DNA of 64,000 nt from Squalus acanthias (taxonomy: Eukaryota), in NCBI GenBank assembly GCA_030390025.1, contig JASTWF010000334.1, positions 62,001 through 126,000 on the forward strand, read 5' to 3'. Made by a program: the position numbers and the translations under genes. Shown here piece after piece: positions 51,901 through 60,855 of this stretch (the stretch's first letter is position 1; every line of letters starts with the position of its first letter). Under the pieces are notes generated by a model. It searched no databases and was not told the origin of the DNA. It saw only the letters and a list, made by a program, of their open reading frames with translations.

Positions 51901-53452
51901 GGAAGCCTTCCCTTGTCGAACAGCTACGGCACTGGGTACAGCAAAAATCTTGGTCCGGGAAGTGTTCTCGCGGTGGGGACTCCCCCGTTTCGTGGAGTCA
52001 GACCAAGGGAGTCATTTCACCGGCCAGGTGATGCAGAACACCCTCATGCTTTTGGGCATTGAAGGGAAGTGGCACGTAGCACACAATCCCCAGTCATCCG
52101 GGATTGTTGAACGTATGAACCGGACCCTGAAGGAGAAATTGAGGAAAGAGACTAGGAACTCGCCCCAAAAATGGGCGGAAGTTCTGCCTTTAGTCCTCAT
52201 GGGGGTCCGGGCCAGTCAGTCAAAAAGTACGGGGTACTCCCCGCACGAGGTAATGACCGGCAGGCTCATGCGAACCCCCACCCATGTGCTAGCCCCGGTG
52301 CTCACTGAGGGTCAGCTTCAAGAGATCAGCAGGGACAAGTTCGCCCAAACTCTCTTGGAGCGCCTGAAGCAAGTTTATGAGCAGGCGGCTGGGAACATGG
52401 GAAGGCAGCACCAGGGCAATCGCTTGTTGCTGGAACCCCGCAAAACGCGGGAGTGGGAAGTAGGAGACCAGGTCATGGTCAGAAACTACGCCAGAGTAGG
52501 GAGTCTGGAACCACTGTATATGGGACCCTACAACATTGTAGACAAGGCAAGTCCCATGGTTTACGCCGTAAAAGTACCTCGGCGCACTAAGTGGTTCCAC
52601 ATAAACCAATGTAAACTGTACCAGCCGGGTGCGCAAGGGAAAACTACAGGGGTAAATCCCGCCAACGGGAAAACACAGCCCCAGGTAGGACCACAAGGCA
52701 CACAGGCAGGCGTAGCAGCTTGCATCAGGGGAAGGGACATCCCGGACGATCATGCAGCGTTTTTCTGGAGTTGGGGGTTAGATGACGAGGACCCCAGGGT
52801 ACCCTGGTCAGATGAGGATAGTGCAGATGAGCATAGTGATGATGACGGGTGGTTTCACAGGAACGGTCTGGAAGGATTGGGGCCGCTAGGTAGAGATCCA
52901 TACGGGGTGGACACACAAGCTGCAGGTCCCGACAGCAGGAGGAAGGAGCTAGAGGAGGCCGGGCCAGCCGCTATGTGGTTCCCAGAGGTGTGGCCGCCCG
53001 CTGTAAACGTCCAGTCCTCAGGGGAGGCAGAGTTCGCGAGTGAAGGGCCGCCTGCTGGGCCGAGCAGGGCGGGGCCCCGAACTGCCAGCCCCGAGGTTAG
53101 GGAGGCGGAGTCAGCGGAGGCGGGGCTGGCGCCTGTGATGGAACCCCAGGTCATCCCGTTGAAGGTCTCGGGACCCGGTCCGTCCGTCACGGAGCCCCCG
53201 CCCATAGCAGTTCCCCGTAGGTCAAGCAGAGCACCCCAGCCCAGGAAGACGTGGTCAGGTCCACAGGATGCCCCAGGGCGTAAGTTTCAGATTAAGATAA
53301 CCCGGGTAGAGACAGGCCACATCGAAGCAGTAACAGGCTGCGGCAGATCAGAGGAAAGGGTCAGCGCAGCAACAGGCTGCGGCAGATCAGAAGGAAGGGT
53401 CAGTGCCCTCCCACCGTCGGGAAGAGCTCGCAGCAGCCTTCTCAGGATTTAA
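48950..53452 (+). CDS. pol: Pol (PR-RT-tether-RNase H-IN plus long C-terminal tail), in frame with gag
   Basis: LLDTGA protease; LPQGFHNSP and YVDD RT; degenerate RH then IYVDGS/AELSA/SDS/ADALA RH; HHCC, DDE and GPY integrase. Confidence 0.96.
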   Translation, partial: LEPAQPVYLCPLSYDAWRRPVVEMEVEKQKGSYLLDTGASCTIIHTDDPFDSPLSTKVPFTLAGFTGKEQAGTFSLPLSIRLGTLRFKWKCILMAWQKGGGRGILGSDLLAGHGILVDLRNHCLWGAKGEKGEVMVIQGEEETGVLCTVQPSGGYDLRLMVADVPTDMQTYVTDNMHAFATHKHDCGRVVGFEVSVDGDPMTRPQKQYNFPKEAEPDMEAAMSSLVQQGVLRPIATHVNSPLWPVRKPDNSWRATVDYRVLNSNIPACAPTVAAVADLIGSIPASATTFTVLDISNGFWSIPLRREDQYKFAFTFKGQQYTWNCLPQGFHNSPSIFHQCMAGSLKEFSQPNQIVQYVDDLLLFTDSREEHGPLLDELLELLARKGFKVNPKKARIGQQEVKFLGLTLRAGERAIDKARRESVQELPIPNNVRGVRSFLGLTGYCRDFIEDYAATAAPLLRLLHKGVEWLWDEGCQAAFEKLKRDLQTAPALGAIDGGKEFFLEVAASGDSLSAVLLQERHGKLRPVVYSSRVLTDVERSFSNCERHLLATHWAVKRSAIFTGLSPITLLTHHTPTKMLLDGRIKDGTVSSARIARWTLLLSQLDIRVKGLCEPRLAANLVYPGTAHRCSVEGVWDVNIGLRAGIHPNGREIYVDGSSTVSAGERLTGCGVYDPAADLALAIKLPSTMSAQQAELSAVVYVVTHPDIFPTPYTICSDSMFTCNSCTEYLAIWSRRGYTSADGRPLTVKPLLEKILAAAVGEEGEIFIHKVKAHSSTEPRGEGNRQADALAREGARDGTFWNPYRTGPIAAVRGGDGNTGNTRVALPLDLKTVQAQDPALKAVLKTIAEGRQVEGPYSTATLSVKEGMLFREEQWVVPQQHRREFLQLAHEGPGAGHPGPEVTWQRVEQAGWWPGLREQVREFCANCLVCAANNPDPQKRKVPMGHVRRVEGPWQSIQIDYIGPLPTTQGGYKYCLVLVDVFSKWVEAFPCRTATALGTAKILVREVFSRWGLPRFVESDQGSHFTGQVMQNTLMLLGIEGKWHVAHNPQSSGIVERMNRTLKEKLRKETRNSPQKWAEVLPLVLMGVRASQSKSTGYSPHEVMTGRLMRTPTHVLAPVLTEGQLQEISRDKFAQTLLERLKQVYEQAAGNMGRQHQGNRLLLEPRKTREWEVGDQVMVRNYARVGSLEPLYMGPYNIVDKASPMVYAVKVPRRTKWFHINQCKLYQPGAQGKTTGVNPANGKTQPQVGPQGTQAGVAACIRGRDIPDDHAAFFWSWGLDDEDPRVPWSDEDSADEHSDDDGWFHRNGLEGLGPLGRDPYGVDTQAAGPDSRRKELEEAGPAAMWFPEVWPPAVNVQSSGEAEFASEGPPAGPSRAGPRTASPEVREAESAEAGLAPVMEPQVIPLKVSGPGPSVTEPPPIAVPRRSSRAPQPRKTWSGPQDAPGRKFQIKITRVETGHIEAVTGCGRSEERVSAATGCGRSEGRVSALPPSGRARSSLLRI

Positions 53453-53735
53453 AGGGGCCGCCCTGAGAACGGGCGGCATTGTAAAGTTATTAGTTTAAGG
53501 TTTTAAGTTTTAGTTTAAAGTTTTAAGTAGTTTTAATAAGTTTAAGTTTGTAGTGGTTTTAACAGATAACGACAAATGATGGGAGTTTTAAGGCTAGGTT
53601 TAGAGGAAGTCTGTTCAGCAAACGTTGAAGTTTACGTGAGGCGAGGTCAGGGGACCCGCTCACCCTTCACAAAAGCCAGAGACTTTTTGCGAGGCTGGCT
53701 ACCTCATTCTATCTGATCACAGGAACCAAGGAAGG

Positions 53736-56087
53736 ATGGAACGACTCATAGTATTGCTCGTGGCAATCGGATGTGGATTGGCCTATCGGGGCCTCACCAA
53801 GGATGTCGTGGTGTTTGGATGTTCCGGGGACACGGCCCCCATCGCGGTGGATGGGACCGGGAGACGGAAGGCAGAAGGGACCAGCACCTATTTCCACAAG
53901 GGAAGGTGGCCAGGATGGCTGGGAACGAACTCAACGGAGTATTCCAGCACATCGGGGTTCGCCTACAAAGAGACTTCTTTAATGTGCCCCAAAGTACGGA
54001 TCATCGCACCCAGGATCAGCGTCACCGTCGGCAAACGGATTTGTTTGACTTGCAGTGGGAATGTCCCATTGAGCCGATGGTGGTGGCTGCGAAAGCTGAG
54101 CAAAACTATGAGGAACTCTTCGGTTGAGTGGGAGCGACTGGGTAATAATACCCATCGGACAATTACGGGGACTGATGGACAAGTGAAAGTCTGTTGGGAC
54201 AAATGGTGGGAACCAGATGAGGGGATTTATGTTTGTATGTGGGGGTCAAAGTACGTTTGCCCCAAAGGCATCTCCATATTCTTTATTAACCAGTGGCAGG
54301 ATAACGGACAGGGGATGAGGTGGGATGCGAGCACCAGGGGGTGCGGAGCCCCATTCTCCCCGATCCCAGTAAATGCCACTGAGCTCATTACGCGCCCACG
54401 CAAAGCCCCGCCCACGATTCCGGTAGTTCTAACTGAGGAAGAAGGGTGCCCTAAAACTAGTAAGGGACCCGGGAACGGTTTGGTACTGGTCCCCACAGAC
54501 CAGATACTATTTCAGGGGGTGCATTACGCGGTGGCCTCGGTGATTTTAAATCTCACTGAGGTACGGTTACCAGAGTGGTGCCCCAAAAAGACGGAACAGT
54601 TGTACCAGGTCCTGTTGACCAAGATGTTCAGGCAGTTTTACGAGTTCGATTTCGCGGAAATTGATAAGACAAGTTTATACACCGCACCGCAGGAAGTTTT
54701 GGACCAAGTTGGGAGGCAAAGAAGGGGTTTGGTGAACGATGCGTTCACTGCTTTTAACACAGGGACATCTGTGGTCAACGCTCTAGACAGTGTGGAGCTG
54801 CAGACCCAGATTAATGGTTTAAAAACACAGTTAAAGGATATTCTCACAGATGAGAATAAAGTGGTAGGGTCGGGTCTGCACGAGGACCAAGCCATGACAC
54901 TACACTTAAAAGAGATTATAGCAGAGCTGGAGAAACATGCGCGTACGGTAAATGCCCTGATTAGGGAAGATCGGAATGCATCCGATCAAGCTGCGCAGAA
55001 CGAGGTGTGCGTGCTTTACGGGGCGTGGTTACTGGGCGAGGGCCGCAGTAATTTGGAGGATTTAAAACAAGGTTTGGTCCCGTCCTGGATAAGTAACAAA
55101 CACCTGCGGGCGCTCCACCCTTTTCAGAATGCATTAAGTCCGTGCCAGCTCAGGCTAGCTTCAGAAGCTTACCCAGTCCCCGTGGACTGCGGACGTTCAA
55201 ACCATACTATTATGGGAATAGTATTACGCATGCCGGTTTTGGGCAACACAGCAAAGCCCGCCCCGGTGTATCGGGTAGAGAACATTGGTGTCATTCAGGG
55301 GGGAGCCCACATTCGTTATGCAGCGGTTCCACCTTACGTCATCCGCTGGGAGCAAACGATGACAGGTACAGATCTCTCTGGTTGTCGTGGCAGGGGAGCA
55401 CACATAATACTGTGCCCCCAGCACTTGAATGCCTTTTTAACACCACAGTGCGGGTTCAGAACGGCTGGCGCCAAGTCCATGAATTGCACCATGGAGGCAA
55501 TGGCACAAGATCATGTGCCTCCGCAGGTAGCATACATCGGGGGTGGAACATATTGTGTTACCACTGCAGCGCAACACTACCAGCATGGAAACCGTAGCCG
55601 GTGTCCGGTGAGTGACAGCAGTTTCTGTTTTAAACCCAGGGCTGAAGTTCAAGTAGCACAACAGCGAATTATCCCAATCCCTGAACCATCCACTGTTCAT
55701 CTCACAGTAAAAGAGAATTTTACCGACTTGCAGCGATTTGTCGCACATTTTGGGTACCTCATTCCCCCTCTCCCTGAGCATTTAACCAAACTTCTGAAGG
55801 CCGTCGCGGTGTCACAAAAGCATTTCTATACTTTAGAACAGAAAACCGTCGAGATAGGTACAGACATTTTGGACATAGTGGTTCCACCGTGGTGGAATCT
55901 GTTCACGAATATTGAAGTGCCCTCATGGGTCAGAATAGCCTCCCACATTTTAGTCGTATGTCAAGTGTTTATTGTAGTATACCTTTTGTTTATACATTGT
56001 AAAAGAGACAAGCGCCTCACCAAGCATGAGAACACGGGAGAGTGGCGAGAACGTTACGTGCGCGTGCACGATGAGAGCGCAGTGTAA
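53736..56087 (+). CDS. env: Env-like glycoprotein (783 aa): signal peptide, Ig-like domain, RQRR furin site, fusion peptide/heptad, Cys-rich region, TM anchor
   Basis: Hydrophobic N-terminus; acceptor ...atcacAG at 53721-53722; RQRR|GLVNDAF at 54714-54725; several N-X-S/T sequons; TM IASHILVVCQVFIVVYLLFI. Confidence 0.92.
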   Translation: MERLIVLLVAIGCGLAYRGLTKDVVVFGCSGDTAPIAVDGTGRRKAEGTSTYFHKGRWPGWLGTNSTEYSSTSGFAYKETSLMCPKVRIIAPRISVTVGKRICLTCSGNVPLSRWWWLRKLSKTMRNSSVEWERLGNNTHRTITGTDGQVKVCWDKWWEPDEGIYVCMWGSKYVCPKGISIFFINQWQDNGQGMRWDASTRGCGAPFSPIPVNATELITRPRKAPPTIPVVLTEEEGCPKTSKGPGNGLVLVPTDQILFQGVHYAVASVILNLTEVRLPEWCPKKTEQLYQVLLTKMFRQFYEFDFAEIDKTSLYTAPQEVLDQVGRQRRGLVNDAFTAFNTGTSVVNALDSVELQTQINGLKTQLKDILTDENKVVGSGLHEDQAMTLHLKEIIAELEKHARTVNALIREDRNASDQAAQNEVCVLYGAWLLGEGRSNLEDLKQGLVPSWISNKHLRALHPFQNALSPCQLRLASEAYPVPVDCGRSNHTIMGIVLRMPVLGNTAKPAPVYRVENIGVIQGGAHIRYAAVPPYVIRWEQTMTGTDLSGCRGRGAHIILCPQHLNAFLTPQCGFRTAGAKSMNCTMEAMAQDHVPPQVAYIGGGTYCVTTAAQHYQHGNRSRCPVSDSSFCFKPRAEVQVAQQRIIPIPEPSTVHLTVKENFTDLQRFVAHFGYLIPPLPEHLTKLLKAVAVSQKHFYTLEQKTVEIGTDILDIVVPPWWNLFTNIEVPSWVRIASHILVVCQVFIVVYLLFIHCKRDKRLTKHENTGEWRERYVRVHDESAV

Positions 56088-56498
56088 TGAGAAGATGGCG
56101 TCACTCCCGCTCGCCACGTGCGCCGCGGAAGTTTGTACTCAGTGTAAATACGTTGGAAACTCGACATGTTTAAGAGTCGGGATTTGTTTATTTCGGTGAT
56201 GGTGTTGATTGTTTGGTTTTTTGGGTTTTGTTTTTCCTTTCCCTGAATAAAAGATAAATATACAGGTGATGCGTGAGGTATCGGCCTGGTTACGCCGGGA
56301 AGGAAAACAAGTGGTGTAAGTTTAAGGGCAAATGATGCCTATGGTGATATAAAGTGTGATTTTCTTGGGAAATAAGGACGACACAGAGACCCTAGTGAAG
56401 TTAAAATTTTATGGGATTAATTTACTGGATTCGGAGTGAAATCGAGATAAGATTGCTCACCACTGAGTTTTGATACGATAAGCGGAGTTATTCGCATC

Positions 56499-56510
56499 AA
56501 CAGGAGGGAC
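56499..56510 (+). promoter_or_regulatory. Polypurine tract
   Basis: aacaggagggac immediately before the 3' LTR. Confidence 0.7.
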
Positions 56511-58126
56511 TGTAGAATTCGCAATTATCGCGATTTCATTTTATTAAGGAGAAAACACAAGTTTCATTCAAAACAGCTTTTATTTCAGCGGAATGCTGTC
56601 AGGTTTAAATTGGACACAAGCAGCCTGTAAAATGGCCGCCGCACCGCGTGACAGAACATTCGAGACTTTTCGGCAGGCAGACAAGATGGCGTTCCAATAA
56701 ACATTTTTTTTTTGCAGGATCGATAACGATTCAGCACAGTGAAGACAATACACAGGACATTATGGGTTTACAGTATAAACATCGATACTGGGATCGGTCT
56801 CCCAGGTACAAAGGAAAGCCATCAAGGGCCCATCCAAAGGACATTAATATGTAAACTCCCAACGGCTCTACGATGAGAGAGCCGTTAGCAGGTAGTTATA
56901 CAGGACATTTGGAAGCCCCAAACCCCTCCAGGGGGAACACCGACCGATTTAACAATGGGAGAAGTATTAGCAGGTACTCAAACATTCAGGAGTAGCCCCG
57001 AAACCCATTAAAGACAGAGATCACCCATACAGGACTTTTTGGGCGCCAAACCTTAAACAAAAGAATGGACATTATAGTTGGGCGGGAAACGGAAGAACTG
57101 TGCACTATAATTGCAGGCCCAAACCGTCCATTCGCTCTCTTGCTCTTTTGCTCTTGACTCTTGCCGCTTGCTGCTGTTATCATCGTGGCTGCTCCTGTGT
57201 TTTATCCGGTCGATTCGTAACCTCGTGGCTGCTCCTGGGTAAAAGACTGTTGCAAAGACCTATGTTGGTAGCTGGCAGCGGAACCGAAGGCCCGGGATGA
57301 GATGAGATGAGATGAGAGGAGAAGAGAAGAAGACCTTATCCATCGCCACGGTCAGTAAATCCCGACCGCGCCTGTAGGTCGATCAGCCAAGTCTTCTTGA
57401 CAACGAAGTTTTCTTCTTTAACAAGACATATTGCATCGACGATAACTGGACTGTGCAAACACATCGTATCAATGATATTGACAACGGTGCTCCACCATAC
57501 CCTGTATCCAACCAACAGAGGTCTTCACTACAGCGGACGGTCCAGCCGACTGACCGAGCAGCAGAAGCAGTAAACAAGTGGGACCAGGAGATCTCCTGAC
57601 CAACACGTGGGTGCTGAGGTGGAAAACATCCGATCAGCTATTCGGGATTTCTCCGAGTTATTACGAGTGGTGAGCATGAGTCTCGGGATCCTACGAAGCT
57701 AGTTTTAGGATAGTTATTGATAGGGGAGGGTTTAAAGTAAGGATATTTGTAATGTGTGCCCTATTTACGTTGTGCTGGTCGTTCCTCGTTTCCCTAAGAG
57801 TGATTATAACTGTTTGTAAGATTGTACTGTCATTCATCTGTGCATATGACATGTATTTCATAATTTTAAGTATCATGCAATAAAGATTTTCCATTTCGTA
57901 CCGTTCAAACCAAGTCTACATGAGTTTTATCTCCATTGCTGCTCTCGCATCTAAGTCCAGTGTCTAGAACCGTAAGGGAGAGTGATTCGAACCACTCACA
58001 GGGGTGTCTAGTGTTCCCAGACTGGCTGGAGACCAGGCCTAGACCCGCACTGACATACAGGCTGCACAGAGCCGCGTGAACCTCACAGGTTACGAGACAC
58101 GCAGGGTCAGGAGAGTATCCCTTACA
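56511..58126 (+). repeat. 3' LTR (1616 bp)
   Basis: All five small ORF translations and the T10 run match the 5' LTR. Confidence 0.97.
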
Positions 58127-58950
58127 GATGTTTAGAAGGAGACAAAGGGCCCTCCCTGTGTGTTGTAAGTTGTTGTCATTGTGTCACAGTGATAGGGAGT
58201 GTGAGGGCTGTATGGTCGAATAGTTAAGTGAATGTGACCATAGAGAGAGAGGGAATGGGTAAGGGTGCAGGGATGTCAGTGTCAAGTGGGATGTGGAGGA
58301 AGAGGTTGGCAAAGCTGAGTGCTGGTGAAGAGAGGCGCTGGGGATCAGATTGAGGGTGATGGGAAAGTCATACTCACTTTTCCTGCGCAGAGAAGTTCAT
58401 GAAACCTCTTCCTGCACTGCAGCCAGGTTCTGCGGCTCATTGATATGGAGTTGACCTCCTGGGCCACTTGCAGCCACACAGCTTTAGTCTGTTGTGGTGG
58501 CTTTTTTCTCCCTGAGGAAGGGAAGAGCACCTCGTTATTAGATCTTGCTCCCTGCACCAGAGCTTGGAGGGAGGGCTCATCAAAGCGAGGTGCACACTTT
58601 TGCTTGCTGGTGGACATGGTCGGTAAATGAAGTCCTTCATACAATGTCCAAAGCGTTTCCAGTCTCCAGAAGAATCAAGGCTGCTTGCAGGCCTTAAATC
58701 CAACAGCATTGATGAGGTCATCGGAAGCGACTTTCAGGATGGAAAGACTCATTGGGCTAGTGGTTCCCACACGCAGGAAATCAATTTCCCAATTAGGGGA
58801 AAATCCCACTTTTCCAACACATCACTTAGGAGTCGGGGTCCTGACACGATTTCCACCTGACACGCCCCAGCCCGCCCACACTGACAAAATCCAGCCCTAT
58901 GATTCTATATTGTCATCGTTTGACAGCTCTGTGAAGCTGTCAAACACTGA

Positions 58951-59590
58951 GGGCAGAATTTTCATTGACCCGTGGAGGCGGGTTTGGAGGCATGTGGGGT
59001 GGGAAAATAGCAGATTCGGGGGTCCCGAACCCATCCCGCCCCCAACCCGCCTCCATGCCAGTTTCGCTGGAGGTGGGTACCCGACCTGTGCTGGGACCCG
59101 CTTCCCCGAGGTGAGAAGGGGATTAGTGCCAATAAACTGCCTGTTAACAGGTAGTTAACAGGCAGTTTTTTGCCTAATCCCTATTTTTGGCCCTGAAGTG
59201 TGGGCTTCCCGACAGGTCCGAACCACGCCGATTTAGCGATGCGGACCGTCGGTCTGGAGGGCTTGGAGGGGTCGAGATGTCCGATGTGCAGGTGAGTGAT
59301 GGGTGCATGAGTGCAGAGGTAAGTGTGTTTGGTGTGTGTAAAGTGTTTTAAGAACTTGTACTTATCTTAACTTTGTCCTGCAGGCTAAGGTGTCGGGAGT
59401 CCCTCACATCCACAGCACCGAAAGCAGAATGGCCGCGGAGCTGTCAAAAGCTGCAGTCTCTGCTTTCTGTGCTGGATGGATTTCTAACTGAGTCCAAGTA
59501 CAGGGACTCACGTTAGAAATCATATTGTCAGTGTTTGACAGCTTCACAGAGCTGTCAAACGCTGAAATTTCATCTGACAAAATCCAGCCC
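58951..59590. mobile_element. Harbinger-type MITE with TGA target-site duplication; a related copy follows at 59621-60287
   Basis: tga|gggcagaatttt...aaaatccagccc|tga; internal similarity between the copies. Confidence 0.72.
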
Positions 59591-60855
59591 TGACATTCTG
59601 TGTAGTTTGATCAGACCTTAGGGGCCCAATTTTCCAAGCCCCGTGGAGGCGGGTTTGGAGGCGGGAGTGGTGGGAAAATTGCAGATTCGGGGGGCACGTA
59701 CCCATCCCGCCCCAAACCACGTCAAGTTAGCGAGGTGGACCGTCAGTCTGGAGGGCTTGGAGGAGTCGAGATTACCGGTGTACAGGTGAGTGATGGGTGC
59801 ATGAGTGCAGAGGTAAGTGTATTTGGTGTGTGTAAAGTGTTTTAATAAGTTTTACTTACCTTTACTTTCTCCTCCAGGCTTCCTCCCTTCAGTTCTCGGG
59901 AGGCCCTCAGCTCACCGGCACAGAAAGCAGAATGGCCGCGGAGCTGTCAAAAGCTGCAGCCTCTGCTTTCTGGTCTGGAGAGCTCTCTAACTGAGTCTGA
60001 GTAGAAGGACTCAAGTTAGAAGACAGATTGTCAGTGTTTGACAGCTTCACAGAGCTGTCAAACGCTGATATTTCATCTGTCAAAAGCTCTTGACAGATGA
60101 AATGTCAATCGCTTACGTCACCAGTATCCAGGTGTCCCTTAATTGACCTGCTAAGCCCGCTGGGCGGGCTTAACAAGGTCAATCAAGGGAAAGTAGCGTG
60201 GGTTGGCCACAAATCGATGGAGGCGGGACTGCAACCCAAAAAGTGGGAGTCCCGCCTCCATCACGTCCCCATTGACAAAATCGAGCCCTTTGTGTTCAGG
60301 ACTCATCAAACCTTTCAACTTGGCAGAAATCACCTGGCTGTTGGTGCGGAGGATCCAACAGCCAATCTGTGAAATCTACAATGGAGATGTCGGGACTCCA
60401 GCTCCACAGTGGCTGAAGGCTGTAGGCAGAAACAAAGGTAAGTAAACATTTTATAACACTTTACACTCACCTCACATACTTACCACTCCACACTTGCACC
60501 CATCACTCACCTCTACATTGCACTTTCAGACCCCTCCGAACCCTGCAGACCTCCTACTGATCTCCTACACCCTGGTGGGGTTCCCCGAGGTCGGAAAGCC
60601 TGCACGTCGGAAGGAAAAATGGGTATAATCCTATTTTCTGCCTGTTAACTACCTGTTAACAGGCAGTTAATAGGCTTTAATCCCTTTCCCGCCTCAAGGA
60701 GACGGGACCCAGGGCAGGACAGCTTCTCGCCTCCTGGCAAGAAGGCACGGAGGCGGGATGGGGGTGGGTTTGCCACCCGCCCCAAATTCTGCAACTTTAC
60801 CAGCAGTCCCGCCTCCATACCCGCCTCCTTGGTGCTGACAAAATCCAGCCCTTTT

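Larger units (their letters stand above)
45518..58126 (+). mobile_element. Full-length endogenous retrovirus (lokiretrovirus-like): LTR-gag-pol-env-LTR
   Basis: TG...CA LTRs, GATG target-site duplication (45514-45517, 58127-58130), PBS, PPT and three uninterrupted ORFs. Confidence 0.96.
44146..58617 (-). pseudogene. Harbinger Myb/SANT (MADF-like) DNA-binding gene; exons 58617-58378, 45445-45286 and 45129-about 44146
   Basis: GT/AG sites give in-phase joins (...CRKRFHELLCAGK|EKRAHNKRERARTGG...QQA|GPSRAP). In-frame TAG at 44618-44620. AT-hook-like PRGRPPK near 44150-44175. Confidence 0.8.
41045..58897. mobile_element. Harbinger B: internally deleted transposase (+) and spliced Myb/SANT gene (-); hosts a CR1 and the provirus
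   Basis: TIRs gggctcgattttgcca / tgacaaaatccagccc with TAT target-site duplication (41042-41044, 58898-58900). Collinear with the element at 60856-63574. Confidence 0.8.
39345..60851. mobile_element. Outer non-autonomous Harbinger-type element, expanded by nested insertions
   Basis: TIRs gggctggattttgtca / tgacaaaatccagccc flanked by TTT on both sides. Confidence 0.65.

Noticed and set aside
49277..55781. Antisense and overlapping ORFs inside pol and env
   Set aside because: Lengths are expected for shadows of GC-balanced coding sequence; no motifs.
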